A model generated the notes under the pieces. The model made no database searches. It saw only the letters and a program-made list of their open reading frames with translations, and was not told where the DNA came from. A program made the translations under genes and the position numbers. From Brooklawnia sp. (GTDB lineage: Bacteria > Actinomycetota > Actinomycetes > Propionibacteriales > Propionibacteriaceae), in contig DAISIR010000021.1 of assembly GCA_036821905.1 (NCBI GenBank), positions 16,593 through 40,592 on the forward strand: 24,000 nt of DNA. The letters are read 5' to 3'. This document shows, piece after piece, positions 1-8,218 of this stretch; positions within the stretch are counted from its first letter, which is position 1, and each line of letters begins with the position of its first letter.

Positions 1-35
1 GTGATGCGCGATCAGACAGCGGCGCCCGATGATCC

Positions 36-1088
36 GTGACAGACTCAGCCATGGGCGATTCCCCCGGCGGCCCACTGTGGATCGTCACCGGCGCGTCCGG
101 TTTCCTGGGCAACACGCTCGTCCGCGCTCTGCTCGAACAACAGCAGCGGGTCCGTGCCTGCATCGCCGAGGCGGAACTGCCGGCGGCGCTTGTTGGCCTC
201 GACTGCGAGAAGACCCGGATCGACATCACCGACCCGGCCTCAGTCGCCGCCGCGTTCGCCCGCGACCCCGCGACCCCGGCCTTCGTCGTCCACTGTGCCG
301 GCATTGTCTCCCTCGCGGAGAAGGCCTCACCCCTGCTGCAGCGCGTCAACGTGGACGGCACCGCCAACGTGATCGCCGCTTGCCGCAGTACCGGAGTGGA
401 CCGCTTGGCCTACATCTCCAGCGTCCACGCCATCCCCGAACCGAATCCGCCCGGCACCATCGTGGAAATCGACGACCCTGCCCGCTTCGACCCGGACCTG
501 GTGGTCGGGCCTTATGCCCGCACCAAGGCAAGGGCGACTGCACTGGTGCTGGAGGCCACCGATCTGTGGCGGGTGGTCATTCATCCCAGCGGCTTGATCG
601 GTCCCTACGACTTCGGCGACACCCACATGACGCGGATGGTGCGCGATGCCGCCAGCGGCAAGTTGGCTGCGGTCGTCGACGGCGGTTATGACTTCGTCGA
701 TGTTCGCGACGTTGCGGCCGGCATCATCTGCGCTGTCACCCACGGCACGCGCGGACGCTGCTACATCCTCTCCGGGGGGTACTTCCGGGTCGCAGAGCTG
801 GTGCGTGAGGTCTGTCTGCTGACAGGTCGGCGTCCTCCCATCAAGGTCCCGTTGTGGCTGGCCAAGGCGTGCGCGCCGGCAGCGGGACTTTCGGCTCTTC
901 GCCGTCACGTCGCGCCACTGTTCACCGGGTACTCGCTGCGCACTTTGACCAGTCCCTCGGACTTCTCTCACCAACGGGCCACGACCGAGCTCGGCTATGG
1001 CACCCGTCCCATGTCAAGGACGCTCGCCGACTCGGTCGCCTGGCTGCAGGCCCGCACCGAGCACGAACCTGGCGTCCCAGACGCTTAG
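36..1088 (+). CDS. NAD-dependent epimerase/dehydratase (extended SDR) family protein
   Basis: 350-aa ORF with N-terminal Rossmann motif VTGASGFLG, catalytic YxxxK (PYARTKA) and G/C-rich third codon positions. The start could be GTG 36 or in-frame ATG 51. Stop TAG 1086-1088 overlaps the stop of the convergent kinase gene. Confidence 0.8.
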   Translation: MTDSAMGDSPGGPLWIVTGASGFLGNTLVRALLEQQQRVRACIAEAELPAALVGLDCEKTRIDITDPASVAAAFARDPATPAFVVHCAGIVSLAEKASPLLQRVNVDGTANVIAACRSTGVDRLAYISSVHAIPEPNPPGTIVEIDDPARFDPDLVVGPYARTKARATALVLEATDLWRVVIHPSGLIGPYDFGDTHMTRMVRDAASGKLAAVVDGGYDFVDVRDVAAGIICAVTHGTRGRCYILSGGYFRVAELVREVCLLTGRRPPIKVPLWLAKACAPAAGLSALRRHVAPLFTGYSLRTLTSPSDFSHQRATTELGYGTRPMSRTLADSVAWLQARTEHEPGVPDA

Positions 1089-2584
1089 AGACGATCGCTC
1101 GCTTCGAGGGTGCGTGCGCCCAGCGGCAGCCAGACGGTGAATCGGCTGAACCCGGCCTGGTCCGGGGTCGCCTGCTGGGAGGTGGCCCCGACGCGTCCGC
1201 CGTGCGCCTTGGCCACCGCGGCCACGATCGCCAACCCGAGCCCGGTAGAGCCTTCTTCGTCGTGCGCGCGGGCAGCGTCCGCCTTGGTGAAGCGTTCGAA
1301 GATGTGGTCAAGCAGCCCAGCTGCGATCCCCGGGCCGTTGTCGGCGACCGTGACCCGCGCCCAGCCCGACTCCTCGGCCAGTGAGGCGATCACCGTGGTG
1401 CCTTCCGGGGTGTGCTTTCGGGCGTTGCCGAGCAGGTTCGCCATGACTTGGTGCAGCTGGCCCGGATCGCCTTGGACATACATCGGCCGGTCGGGCACCT
1501 CCACCCGCCAGACGTGCCGGGGGCTGGCGGCGCGGGCGTCGCTGACCGCGTTGAGCAAGGTCTCGCCCAGATCCACCTGCGTGGTGGCCAGTTCGGGACC
1601 GTTGTCCAGCCGGGCCAGCAGCAGCATCTGCTCGACCAGTCTGCTCATCCGTTGTGACTCCGACTCGATGCGTCCCAGCGCGAAGACCGTGTCGTCGGGC
1701 AACCGGTCGCGTCCGCGCCGGGTGAGTTCGGCATAGCCGCGGATCGCGGCCAGCGGGTTGCGCAACTCATGGCTGGCGTCGGCGACGAATTGGCGTACCC
1801 GGGTCTCGGACGCCTGTCTGGCCTGCAGCGAGGCCTCCACGTGGTCGAGCATCGAGTTGAAGGCGGCGCCGACGCGTCCCACCTCGGATTCGTCGTCCAC
1901 CTGGCCGTCGGGCACGCGGACGCCGATCTCGACCTCGCCCGACTCCAGCGGCAGCGCGGCCACCTGCGTGGCCGTCTCGGCGAGGCGCTTGAGCGGACGC
2001 AGCGAGTTGCGCACCACCACCGTCGATACCCCCGCCGCCACCGCCGCGGCCGCCAAGGTCAGCACCATCTCGATCCACAGCATCCGGTCGATGATGTCGT
2101 GGGTGGTGGTCAGTGGCGCCGCCGCGGCCAGCAGCGTCCCGTTGCTCTCGACCGCAACCGCCCGGTACTCACCCAGGTCGTCGATGCGCATCGGGTGGAT
2201 CTGGCCGTCGCGGGGCACATTGAGCAGGGCGGCGATCTGGGTCTCGGGGGCCGGACCGGACCCGTAGTCCCAGACGACCGACGCCTGCACGCTACCCGCC
2301 GAGGTCACCAGCAGCGAGATGCTGCCCGACGGCAGCCCACCGGGACGCAGCTTCGGGTGCCCCGTGGACGGCTCCCCAGGCGGACCAGTGTCGGGTGCGG
2401 GCGGCGAGACGTCGGTGGCCCCCACTGCGTAGAGCAGCTGCTGGTCCAGTGATGCGGTCAGGATGCGGGAGACCAGGAAGCTCGACAGCGCGGTGAGCGC
2501 CACCGCAACCACGGTGACGATCAGCGTGATCCGGATGACCAGCTGCCGGCTGAGCGTCCGCTTACTCCGCCGGCTTGAGGACAT
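1085..2584 (-). CDS. two-component sensor histidine kinase (2 TM, HAMP, HisKA, HATPase_c)
   Basis: H-box ASHELRNPLAAIRGYAEL, N-box LLGNARKHT, G1 DNGPGI, G2 GSTGLGLAIV. Two hydrophobic segments flank a roughly 130-aa Pro/Gly-rich periplasmic region. The ORF track starts at TTG 2590; I prefer ATG 2584. It overlaps the upstream regulator gene by 23 nt. Confidence 0.9.
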   Translation of the reverse strand: MSSSRRSKRTLSRQLVIRITLIVTVVAVALTALSSFLVSRILTASLDQQLLYAVGATDVSPPAPDTGPPGEPSTGHPKLRPGGLPSGSISLLVTSAGSVQASVVWDYGSGPAPETQIAALLNVPRDGQIHPMRIDDLGEYRAVAVESNGTLLAAAAPLTTTHDIIDRMLWIEMVLTLAAAAVAAGVSTVVVRNSLRPLKRLAETATQVAALPLESGEVEIGVRVPDGQVDDESEVGRVGAAFNSMLDHVEASLQARQASETRVRQFVADASHELRNPLAAIRGYAELTRRGRDRLPDDTVFALGRIESESQRMSRLVEQMLLLARLDNGPELATTQVDLGETLLNAVSDARAASPRHVWRVEVPDRPMYVQGDPGQLHQVMANLLGNARKHTPEGTTVIASLAEESGWARVTVADNGPGIAAGLLDHIFERFTKADAARAHDEEGSTGLGLAIVAAVAKAHGGRVGATSQQATPDQAGFSRFTVWLPLGARTLEASDRL

Positions 2585-3287
2585 ACCCAACTCTGCGCAT
2601 GGTGTGGATCATGGGTGCGCGTCCGGCGTCGATCTTTTTGCGCAGGTAGCTGATGTAGAGCTCGACGACGTTCTCCTGGCCACCGAAGTCGTAATTCCAC
2701 ACCCGGTCGAGGATCTGCGCCTTGCTCAGCACGCGGCGTGGGTTGCGCATCAAGAAGCGCAGCAACTCGAACTCCGTGGCGGTCAGCTGGATCTGTTCAC
2801 CGGCCCGGGTCACCTCGCGGGCGTCCTCGTCCATTACGAGGTCGCCGACCACCAACAGCGATTCAGCGCGCGTCGCGGTGGCGCCGCTGCGTCGCAGTAC
2901 CGCGCGCAGCCGCGCGATCAGCTCCTCCAGGCTGAACGGTTTGGTGACGTAGTCGTCCCCGCCGGCCGTGAGCCCGGCGATGCGGTCGGCGACGGCGTCC
3001 TTGGCGGTCAGGAAGATCACCGGAATGTCGGGCTGGGTGGCGCGGATTCGGCGCATCACCTCGAGGCCGTCGAAGTCGGGGAGCATCATGTCGAGGACGA
3101 TGGCGTCTGGATGTACCTCACGGGCGACCTTCACCGCCTGTGTCCCGGTGGCGGCGGTGTGGGCCTGCCATCCCTCGTAGCGCAGCGCCATGTCGAGGAG
3201 CTCGGTGAGGCTGGGTTCGTCGTCCACGGCCAGCACGCGCAACGGGGTGCCATCGGCGCGGGTGAGTTGCTCGTCGTCGTTCGCCAT
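2562..3287 (-). CDS. OmpR/PhoB-family response regulator (receiver + winged-helix DNA-binding domain)
   Basis: Receiver motifs VLAVDDEP, VLDMMLPDFDG (phospho-acceptor Asp) and YVTKPF. C-terminal wHTH LTATEFELLRFLMRNPRRVLSKAQILDRVW. Overlaps the kinase gene, consistent with an operon. Confidence 0.92.
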   Translation of the reverse strand: MANDDEQLTRADGTPLRVLAVDDEPSLTELLDMALRYEGWQAHTAATGTQAVKVAREVHPDAIVLDMMLPDFDGLEVMRRIRATQPDIPVIFLTAKDAVADRIAGLTAGGDDYVTKPFSLEELIARLRAVLRRSGATATRAESLLVVGDLVMDEDAREVTRAGEQIQLTATEFELLRFLMRNPRRVLSKAQILDRVWNYDFGGQENVVELYISYLRKKIDAGRAPMIHTMRRVGYVLKPAE

Positions 3288-3320
3288 GACAGCAGGGTGA
3301 CAGGTTCAGCTCCCATTCCG

Positions 3321-3356
3321 CTGTGGAATCACTGTGTATTCGCTGTGAAATCTGTG
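3321..3356 (-). promoter_or_regulatory. four phased CACAG direct repeats upstream of the response-regulator gene (candidate OmpR-family binding site)
   Basis: Plus-strand CTGTG occurs at 3321, 3332, 3343 and 3352 (spacing 11, 11, 9 nt). The minus strand reads CACAGattt CACAGcgaata CACAGtgattc CACAGcggaat. This is a locally AT-richer patch 34-70 nt upstream of ATG 3287. Confidence 0.4.
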
Positions 3357-3409
3357 TGTCAGGACGATTTGCCGGCTCGGACGCCAACGGCGTCGGCTGA
3401 CGTGGCAGT

Positions 3410-3901
3410 TCAGAGCTGTGTCGAGCCCAACTTCGGCTGATAGAGGTCAACGCCCTCGTTGTCCAGTGAGGCGAGCCGGCGTCGTCCGAACAGCAAAGTG
3501 TCGAGCCCGGTGTGGGACGCGCCGACCGCCAGGAAGACCACGCCGAGGCTTGCCAGTGCCACGTTGTACTCGAAGCCGCCGTCGTTGGCGAACAGCCCCG
3601 ACGTCCAGCGCAGCAGCGCGATGATCGCGATGTTCTCGATGACGACCATGGCCGCCACGAACCGGGTGAGCAGCCCGAGCGCCAGCATGGCACCCCCCAA
3701 GGCCTCCAGCAGGACCGTGCCCCAAGCGATCAATTCCGGCTGCGGCAGTCCTGCCTCGCTCACCCGCGCGACCTGGCTGGGCATGCCCTCAATCTGCCAG
3801 CGGAACCAAGCGCGGCCGATCAGGATGGCGGCGAATCCCAGCCGGGCCACGAGCAGCAGACTCGACCGAGTGGCGGTGCCGGCGGTTGAACGTGTGGACA
3901 T
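3410..3901 (-). CDS. DoxX-family integral membrane protein
   Basis: 163-aa ORF with about 4 hydrophobic helices and DoxX-like sequence (LLLVARLGFAAILIGRAW..., LLEALGGAMLALGLLTRFVA...). AGGAGGG Shine-Dalgarno sits just upstream of ATG 3901. Confidence 0.75.
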   Translation of the reverse strand: MSTRSTAGTATRSSLLLVARLGFAAILIGRAWFRWQIEGMPSQVARVSEAGLPQPELIAWGTVLLEALGGAMLALGLLTRFVAAMVVIENIAIIALLRWTSGLFANDGGFEYNVALASLGVVFLAVGASHTGLDTLLFGRRRLASLDNEGVDLYQPKLGSTQL

Positions 3902-3992
3902 GGGAACCCTCCTGGACGTGGCTTGCCGGCAACGCTACCGCAGGCGAGCGGACCCGCCGATCAGCCTGGCGTCCGGGTCGGGATCGGGTCGG

Positions 3993-4952
3993 TCAACCAG
4001 CCTGCGGTGGGCCGAACAGGTCACTGATCTGCTGGAGGAGGCCGTCGTCCAACCGAAGCAGCGCAGCCGCGTTCTGCCTGGCCTGCTCCGCCCGGGTGGC
4101 GCCGGCGATCACCGTGGTTACCGGCGGCTGGGCGGCGAGCCAGCTGATCGTCGCCTGCAACATCGTCAGGCCCGCCTGGTCGCACAGTCGCTGGTAGGCC
4201 GACAACCGATCCCAGTCGACGCCGGCCAGCAGGTGCGGCTTGATCTTGCTGAGCCTGCCCTGCCCGCCTTCGGCGGTGTACTTGCCGGTCAGCAGCCCGT
4301 TGTACAGCGGGAAGTAGGGCAGGAAACCCATGCCCAGCCGGTTCACCGTCGGCAGTACCTCGCGCTCGACGCCACGTGCGAGCAGCGAGTACTCGTCTTG
4401 TGCCGACGCGAACCGGACGAAGCCGTCGGCTCGCGCGACCTGGTCTGCCTCGGCGATCTGGGCCGGGCTGAAGTTGGAGTTGCCGACGTAGCGGACCTTG
4501 CCCTGGCCGACCAGGTCGGTCAGCACCCGCAGCGTCTCGGCGATCGGGGTGGCCGGGTCGGGGGAGTGCATCTGCAACAGGTCGATCCGGTCGGTCTGCA
4601 ACCGGCGCAGCGACTGCTCGACTGCATGGCGGATGTATCGTTCACCGCCGTTCGGACCGAGGTCGAGGCCCGGGTACGCGTCATTGCCGGCGAACCCGAA
4701 CTTCGTGGACAGCACGATCCGGTCGCGTCTGCCCTTCAGCGCCGCGCCGAGGAACTCCTCGCTGCGACCGATCACCGACCCGTAGATGTCGGCGCCGTCG
4801 AAGAAGGTGATACCGGCGTCGATCGCCGCGTGGATCACCTCGGTGGAGCCCTGCAGGGTCTCGGTGTCGGTCTTCGGCCGGGAGAAGTTGTTCCCGCCCA
4901 TGCCGACCACGCTCACCACTAGGTCACTGTCGCCGAGCCTGCGTTGTTCCAT
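3993..4952 (-). CDS. aldo/keto reductase family oxidoreductase
   Basis: Starts MEQRRLGDSDLVVSVVGMGGNNF. AKR catalytic tetrad context is present: DGADIYG (Asp, Tyr), STKFG (Lys), LQMHSPD (His). The track ORF extends to 5306, but that extension overlaps the upstream gene and is Arg/Gly/Pro junk. GGTGG lies 5 nt upstream of ATG 4952. Confidence 0.9.
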   Translation of the reverse strand: MEQRRLGDSDLVVSVVGMGGNNFSRPKTDTETLQGSTEVIHAAIDAGITFFDGADIYGSVIGRSEEFLGAALKGRRDRIVLSTKFGFAGNDAYPGLDLGPNGGERYIRHAVEQSLRRLQTDRIDLLQMHSPDPATPIAETLRVLTDLVGQGKVRYVGNSNFSPAQIAEADQVARADGFVRFASAQDEYSLLARGVEREVLPTVNRLGMGFLPYFPLYNGLLTGKYTAEGGQGRLSKIKPHLLAGVDWDRLSAYQRLCDQAGLTMLQATISWLAAQPPVTTVIAGATRAEQARQNAAALLRLDDGLLQQISDLFGPPQAG

Positions 4953-4972
4953 GCGAGCCACCGTAGCCGGGA

Positions 4973-6790
4973 TCAGGGGGCAACTGGGGGTACGTCGGTG
5001 TTTAGGGCCGCCACCACGTGCGTCCAATCCGCTTTCGGGTCGAGACCCAGCACGCCCGCCCAGGCCGGGACGCACTGGGCCGCATGGTACTTGTGGCCGA
5101 AACCGGCCCCGACCGAACGGCAGACGGGTATGTCGGCGGCGATCTGCCAGAACGTGATGAACGGCCACCAGGTCATCTGGCCCATCGGGGTGTTCGTCCC
5201 AGCCATTTCGTCCAGCCACTCGGGACGCCGCCACAGCAGATGGCTGCCCCACCAGACCACCGGGTCGGTGTCGTTTTGCAGGTAGACGAACCGGGGCTCG
5301 ACCCACTCGCCGAACCGCAGCCCGCTGGGGTCGATCACCAACTCGTCGGGGTGCATCGCGAAGCGCACGTGGCGTCCCTCGTCGACCACCGGCCGGACCG
5401 CCGTCGAATCGGCGCTGCGGGCGCGGGTGAGGGCGGTCTGCAGCGGCGCGAAGGTGGGGCAGCCGGTCCAGACGCCGCCGGCGGCGCGGATCAGCATGTC
5501 GTCCGGGGAGTCGAAGATGCCGTTGGAGCCGAACGCGCCCAACGATTCGCCGGCCAGGTAGAGCTTGGGACGGCGGTCCGCCGGCAGCCCTGCGATGCGC
5601 TGCTCGATCGCACCGAAGAGCAGCCGGGAGGCATGTACCGGCACCTGCTTGGAGCTGATCATGGTTACCGCAGAGGGTAGCCCGGAGTACTGCATCGCCG
5701 CTGTCGCGCAGTCACCGCGCATGAGGAACTCGAACGCCGAGGTGCTCCACTCGTTGACGTTGCCGCGCCCGGTCGTAGTGACCACCAGGATCGCCTTGCG
5801 CGACCAGGCATCCATCCGGTCGAGTTCGGCGAGCACCGTTTGGGTCACCTCGTCCAGGCCGCGACCGTTCATGGACGCGTAGGCGCGGACCGGTTGCCGG
5901 GCCGGTTCGCCCAGCACCTCCACGATGCGCTCGCGGGACGGCCCCGCGCAGGTGAACCGCTTGCCCTGCAGGCCGAGATCGTCCCACTTGACCAGCGATT
6001 CGGCGCTGCCGGAATGCAGCGGGGTGGTGGGCTGGAAGACATTGACGGGGGTACGAAGGTCGACCTTGGCCGAAGCCGTGATGGCCACACCGACGACCCC
6101 GCGCAGGATGACCTGGTCGAGCACCACCAGGATCGTGGCCAGCACCACCAGCGTGGAGATCAGTCGGGCAACCAGCCCAAACGCGAACCGGTGGTGCAGG
6201 CGTCCCGCGAGCTGGTTGATCAGCCACAGTGTGCCCTTCCACTGGGCCATCAGCAAGAAGAAGACGCCATAGGCGGCAGCTGCCGAGGCCACCGCCCAGA
6301 ACGCGTCCGGGCCGGGCTTTCGGACGTAATCGGCGTTCTTGCGGTGCCAGCGCAACGAGCGCAACGGAATGGCGATGGTACCCAACCCCGCAATGGTGGC
6401 GCCGGCGAGCATGCCGCCTTGGCGCAGGCCCGGTTTGATGGTCACTTCGACGCCGAGCTTCTCGGCCACCGCACTGATCGTCCAGCTCAGCAGTAGCCCG
6501 CTCTGGTAGCCGAACATCGTGCCCAGCCCCGCAACCAGGCCTTGCCAGTACCAGGGACGTGGCAGCAGGCTCGGCGAGTAGGACGCCGCATAGCCGCCGA
6601 TCGCCGTCGTCGCCTCGGGCACCGTCAGCGAGGCGAGCTTGTCGGCGCTGAACAGGGCCAGCTTCCAGCGCGACTCGAACAGGTCGGAGAATCGGAAGGC
6701 GCCCACTGGGCGTCCCAACCGGCCCCTGTTCAGGATCCGACCGTTCCTGCCGATCAACCGTCGGCGCGCGAAGGGGTTCTGCAAGCCCAT
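4973..6790 (-). CDS. membrane-anchored alpha/beta-hydrolase family protein (Abhydrolase_9-like: polytopic N-terminal domain + C-terminal hydrolase)
   Basis: 605 aa. The N-terminal ~240 aa has several hydrophobic helices. The C-terminal part has the nucleophile elbow G-E-S-L-G (codons 5537-5551, Ser codon 5543-5545), a candidate acid NDTDPVV and a candidate His in GFGHKYH. Architecture recalled from PF15420/PF10081 families; not verified by search. Confidence 0.75.
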   Translation of the reverse strand: MGLQNPFARRRLIGRNGRILNRGRLGRPVGAFRFSDLFESRWKLALFSADKLASLTVPEATTAIGGYAASYSPSLLPRPWYWQGLVAGLGTMFGYQSGLLLSWTISAVAEKLGVEVTIKPGLRQGGMLAGATIAGLGTIAIPLRSLRWHRKNADYVRKPGPDAFWAVASAAAAYGVFFLLMAQWKGTLWLINQLAGRLHHRFAFGLVARLISTLVVLATILVVLDQVILRGVVGVAITASAKVDLRTPVNVFQPTTPLHSGSAESLVKWDDLGLQGKRFTCAGPSRERIVEVLGEPARQPVRAYASMNGRGLDEVTQTVLAELDRMDAWSRKAILVVTTTGRGNVNEWSTSAFEFLMRGDCATAAMQYSGLPSAVTMISSKQVPVHASRLLFGAIEQRIAGLPADRRPKLYLAGESLGAFGSNGIFDSPDDMLIRAAGGVWTGCPTFAPLQTALTRARSADSTAVRPVVDEGRHVRFAMHPDELVIDPSGLRFGEWVEPRFVYLQNDTDPVVWWGSHLLWRRPEWLDEMAGTNTPMGQMTWWPFITFWQIAADIPVCRSVGAGFGHKYHAAQCVPAWAGVLGLDPKADWTHVVAALNTDVPPVAP

Positions 6791-6832
6791 GGCGGTCAGC
6801 TTAGGGCGTCATCCGCGGGCAGCCACGGACGC

Positions 6833-8218
6833 TCATCGGCTGTCAGCGGAGTCGTCGGTGAGCCCCGCTGCGGCGCGCTGTTCCCACAACTGCACCTGCA
6901 TTCGCTCGCAGACCGGGCGGGTCAGCGGGTAGCGTCCGGAGATCCACCAGCCGAGGCTCATCAAGACGATGATGGTGCCGGCCATGGTGGCCCGGATGCC
7001 GATCTGGACCGCGTCCGGCTGGGTGGGCTGGAAGTAGTCGGTTGGCACCCGGTATCCGGTGAGCTGCAGCATCAGGCCGATCAGCTGAATGGCGAGCGCG
7101 GTCGAAAGCCCGCGGGTCAACGTCATCAAGCCGGAGAACGCGCCGGCGTTGCGCTGCCCGGTGGTGAGTTCGGCGTCGTCGATCACGTCGGGGAACATCA
7201 CCCAGCTCATCAGCACGCCCCCGGAGATCCCGGCAGCCACGGCGATCGCGCAGAGGTACGGCCCGAAGACCGGCCAGTCGGAGGGGTACAGCCCGATGCC
7301 GAGGGCACCCAACAGTGCCAGCGGGATCGGTGCACGGTAGATGACGTTCTTGGAAACGCCGCGCACCAGTCGGCCCACCACTACGAAACCGATCAGGTTC
7401 ACAGTGATGAAGATGCCCAGGAAGACGGTGACGTTCAACCGCACCACGTACAGCGAGTAGAAGAAGACCAGGGCGCTGACCACATCCATGGTGAGTGCCT
7501 GGCAGACGTACAGTGCGAGCAGCTTGCGGAAAGAGTCGTGTTTGAGCGGACTCACCACCCCGGCCAGCGACAGCTTGGTGCGTTCGGTGGGGATCGGGGT
7601 GCGTTCGCGGCAGCGGATCGCGACGGTGAGGATCGGGACGACGAAGATGGTGCCGAAGACACCCACCAGCAGCAGGTAAAGCTCGAAGCTGGAGATGCGC
7701 CCGCTGGTGTACCAGCCGAGCAGGGTGGTGCCACCGAGCGTGCACAGCGCGGCCGAGATGGTCGAGAAGGCCAGCCGCAGCACGTTGATGCGGTTGCGTT
7801 CTTCGTAGTCGGTGGTGACTTCGGTGCTCAGTGAGCCGAACGGGACCGCAACCATGGTCGCGGCGGTGGTGTAGAAGAGGTTGGCGCCGATCGCCCACAG
7901 TGTCTTGGCGGTGGTCGAGTCCCAGCTGCCGATCGGTGCCCAGATGGCGGCCATGGCGAAGGCCAGCAGGCCGCCGCCCATCGCGATGAACGGACGCCGT
8001 CGCCCCCAGCGCGTCCGGGCGTTGTCCGACAGCGCGCCCATCAGCGGGTCGTTGATGGCGTCCCAGATCTTGGGGATCAGCAGCGCCAAGCCGGCGTAGC
8101 CGGGTGGGATGCCGATGACGTCGGTCAGGTAGAACAAGTAGAGGACGCTGATGAGTGCGGCCCCACCACCACCGAAGATGTCGCCGGCCGCGAAGACTAT
8201 GCGTTCGGGCGTAGTCAT
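6833..8218 (-). CDS. glycoside-pentoside-hexuronide (GPH)/MFS_2 family cation symporter
   Basis: Multi-TM protein with GPH signature region LIPKIWDAINDPLMGALSDNARTRWGRRRPF. Preferred start is ATG 8218 (MTTPERIVFAAGD...) rather than the track start 8320. Confidence 0.85.
   Translation of the reverse strand: MTTPERIVFAAGDIFGGGGAALISVLYLFYLTDVIGIPPGYAGLALLIPKIWDAINDPLMGALSDNARTRWGRRRPFIAMGGGLLAFAMAAIWAPIGSWDSTTAKTLWAIGANLFYTTAATMVAVPFGSLSTEVTTDYEERNRINVLRLAFSTISAALCTLGGTTLLGWYTSGRISSFELYLLLVGVFGTIFVVPILTVAIRCRERTPIPTERTKLSLAGVVSPLKHDSFRKLLALYVCQALTMDVVSALVFFYSLYVVRLNVTVFLGIFITVNLIGFVVVGRLVRGVSKNVIYRAPIPLALLGALGIGLYPSDWPVFGPYLCAIAVAAGISGGVLMSWVMFPDVIDDAELTTGQRNAGAFSGLMTLTRGLSTALAIQLIGLMLQLTGYRVPTDYFQPTQPDAVQIGIRATMAGTIIVLMSLGWWISGRYPLTRPVCERMQVQLWEQRAAAGLTDDSADSR

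Noticed and set aside
4953-5306. N-terminal extension of the AKR ORF (track start 5306)
   Set aside because: The extension overlaps the 3' end of the hydrolase gene and is Arg/Gly/Pro-rich. The AKR family N-terminus (MEQRRLG...) begins at ATG 4952, with GGTGG upstream.
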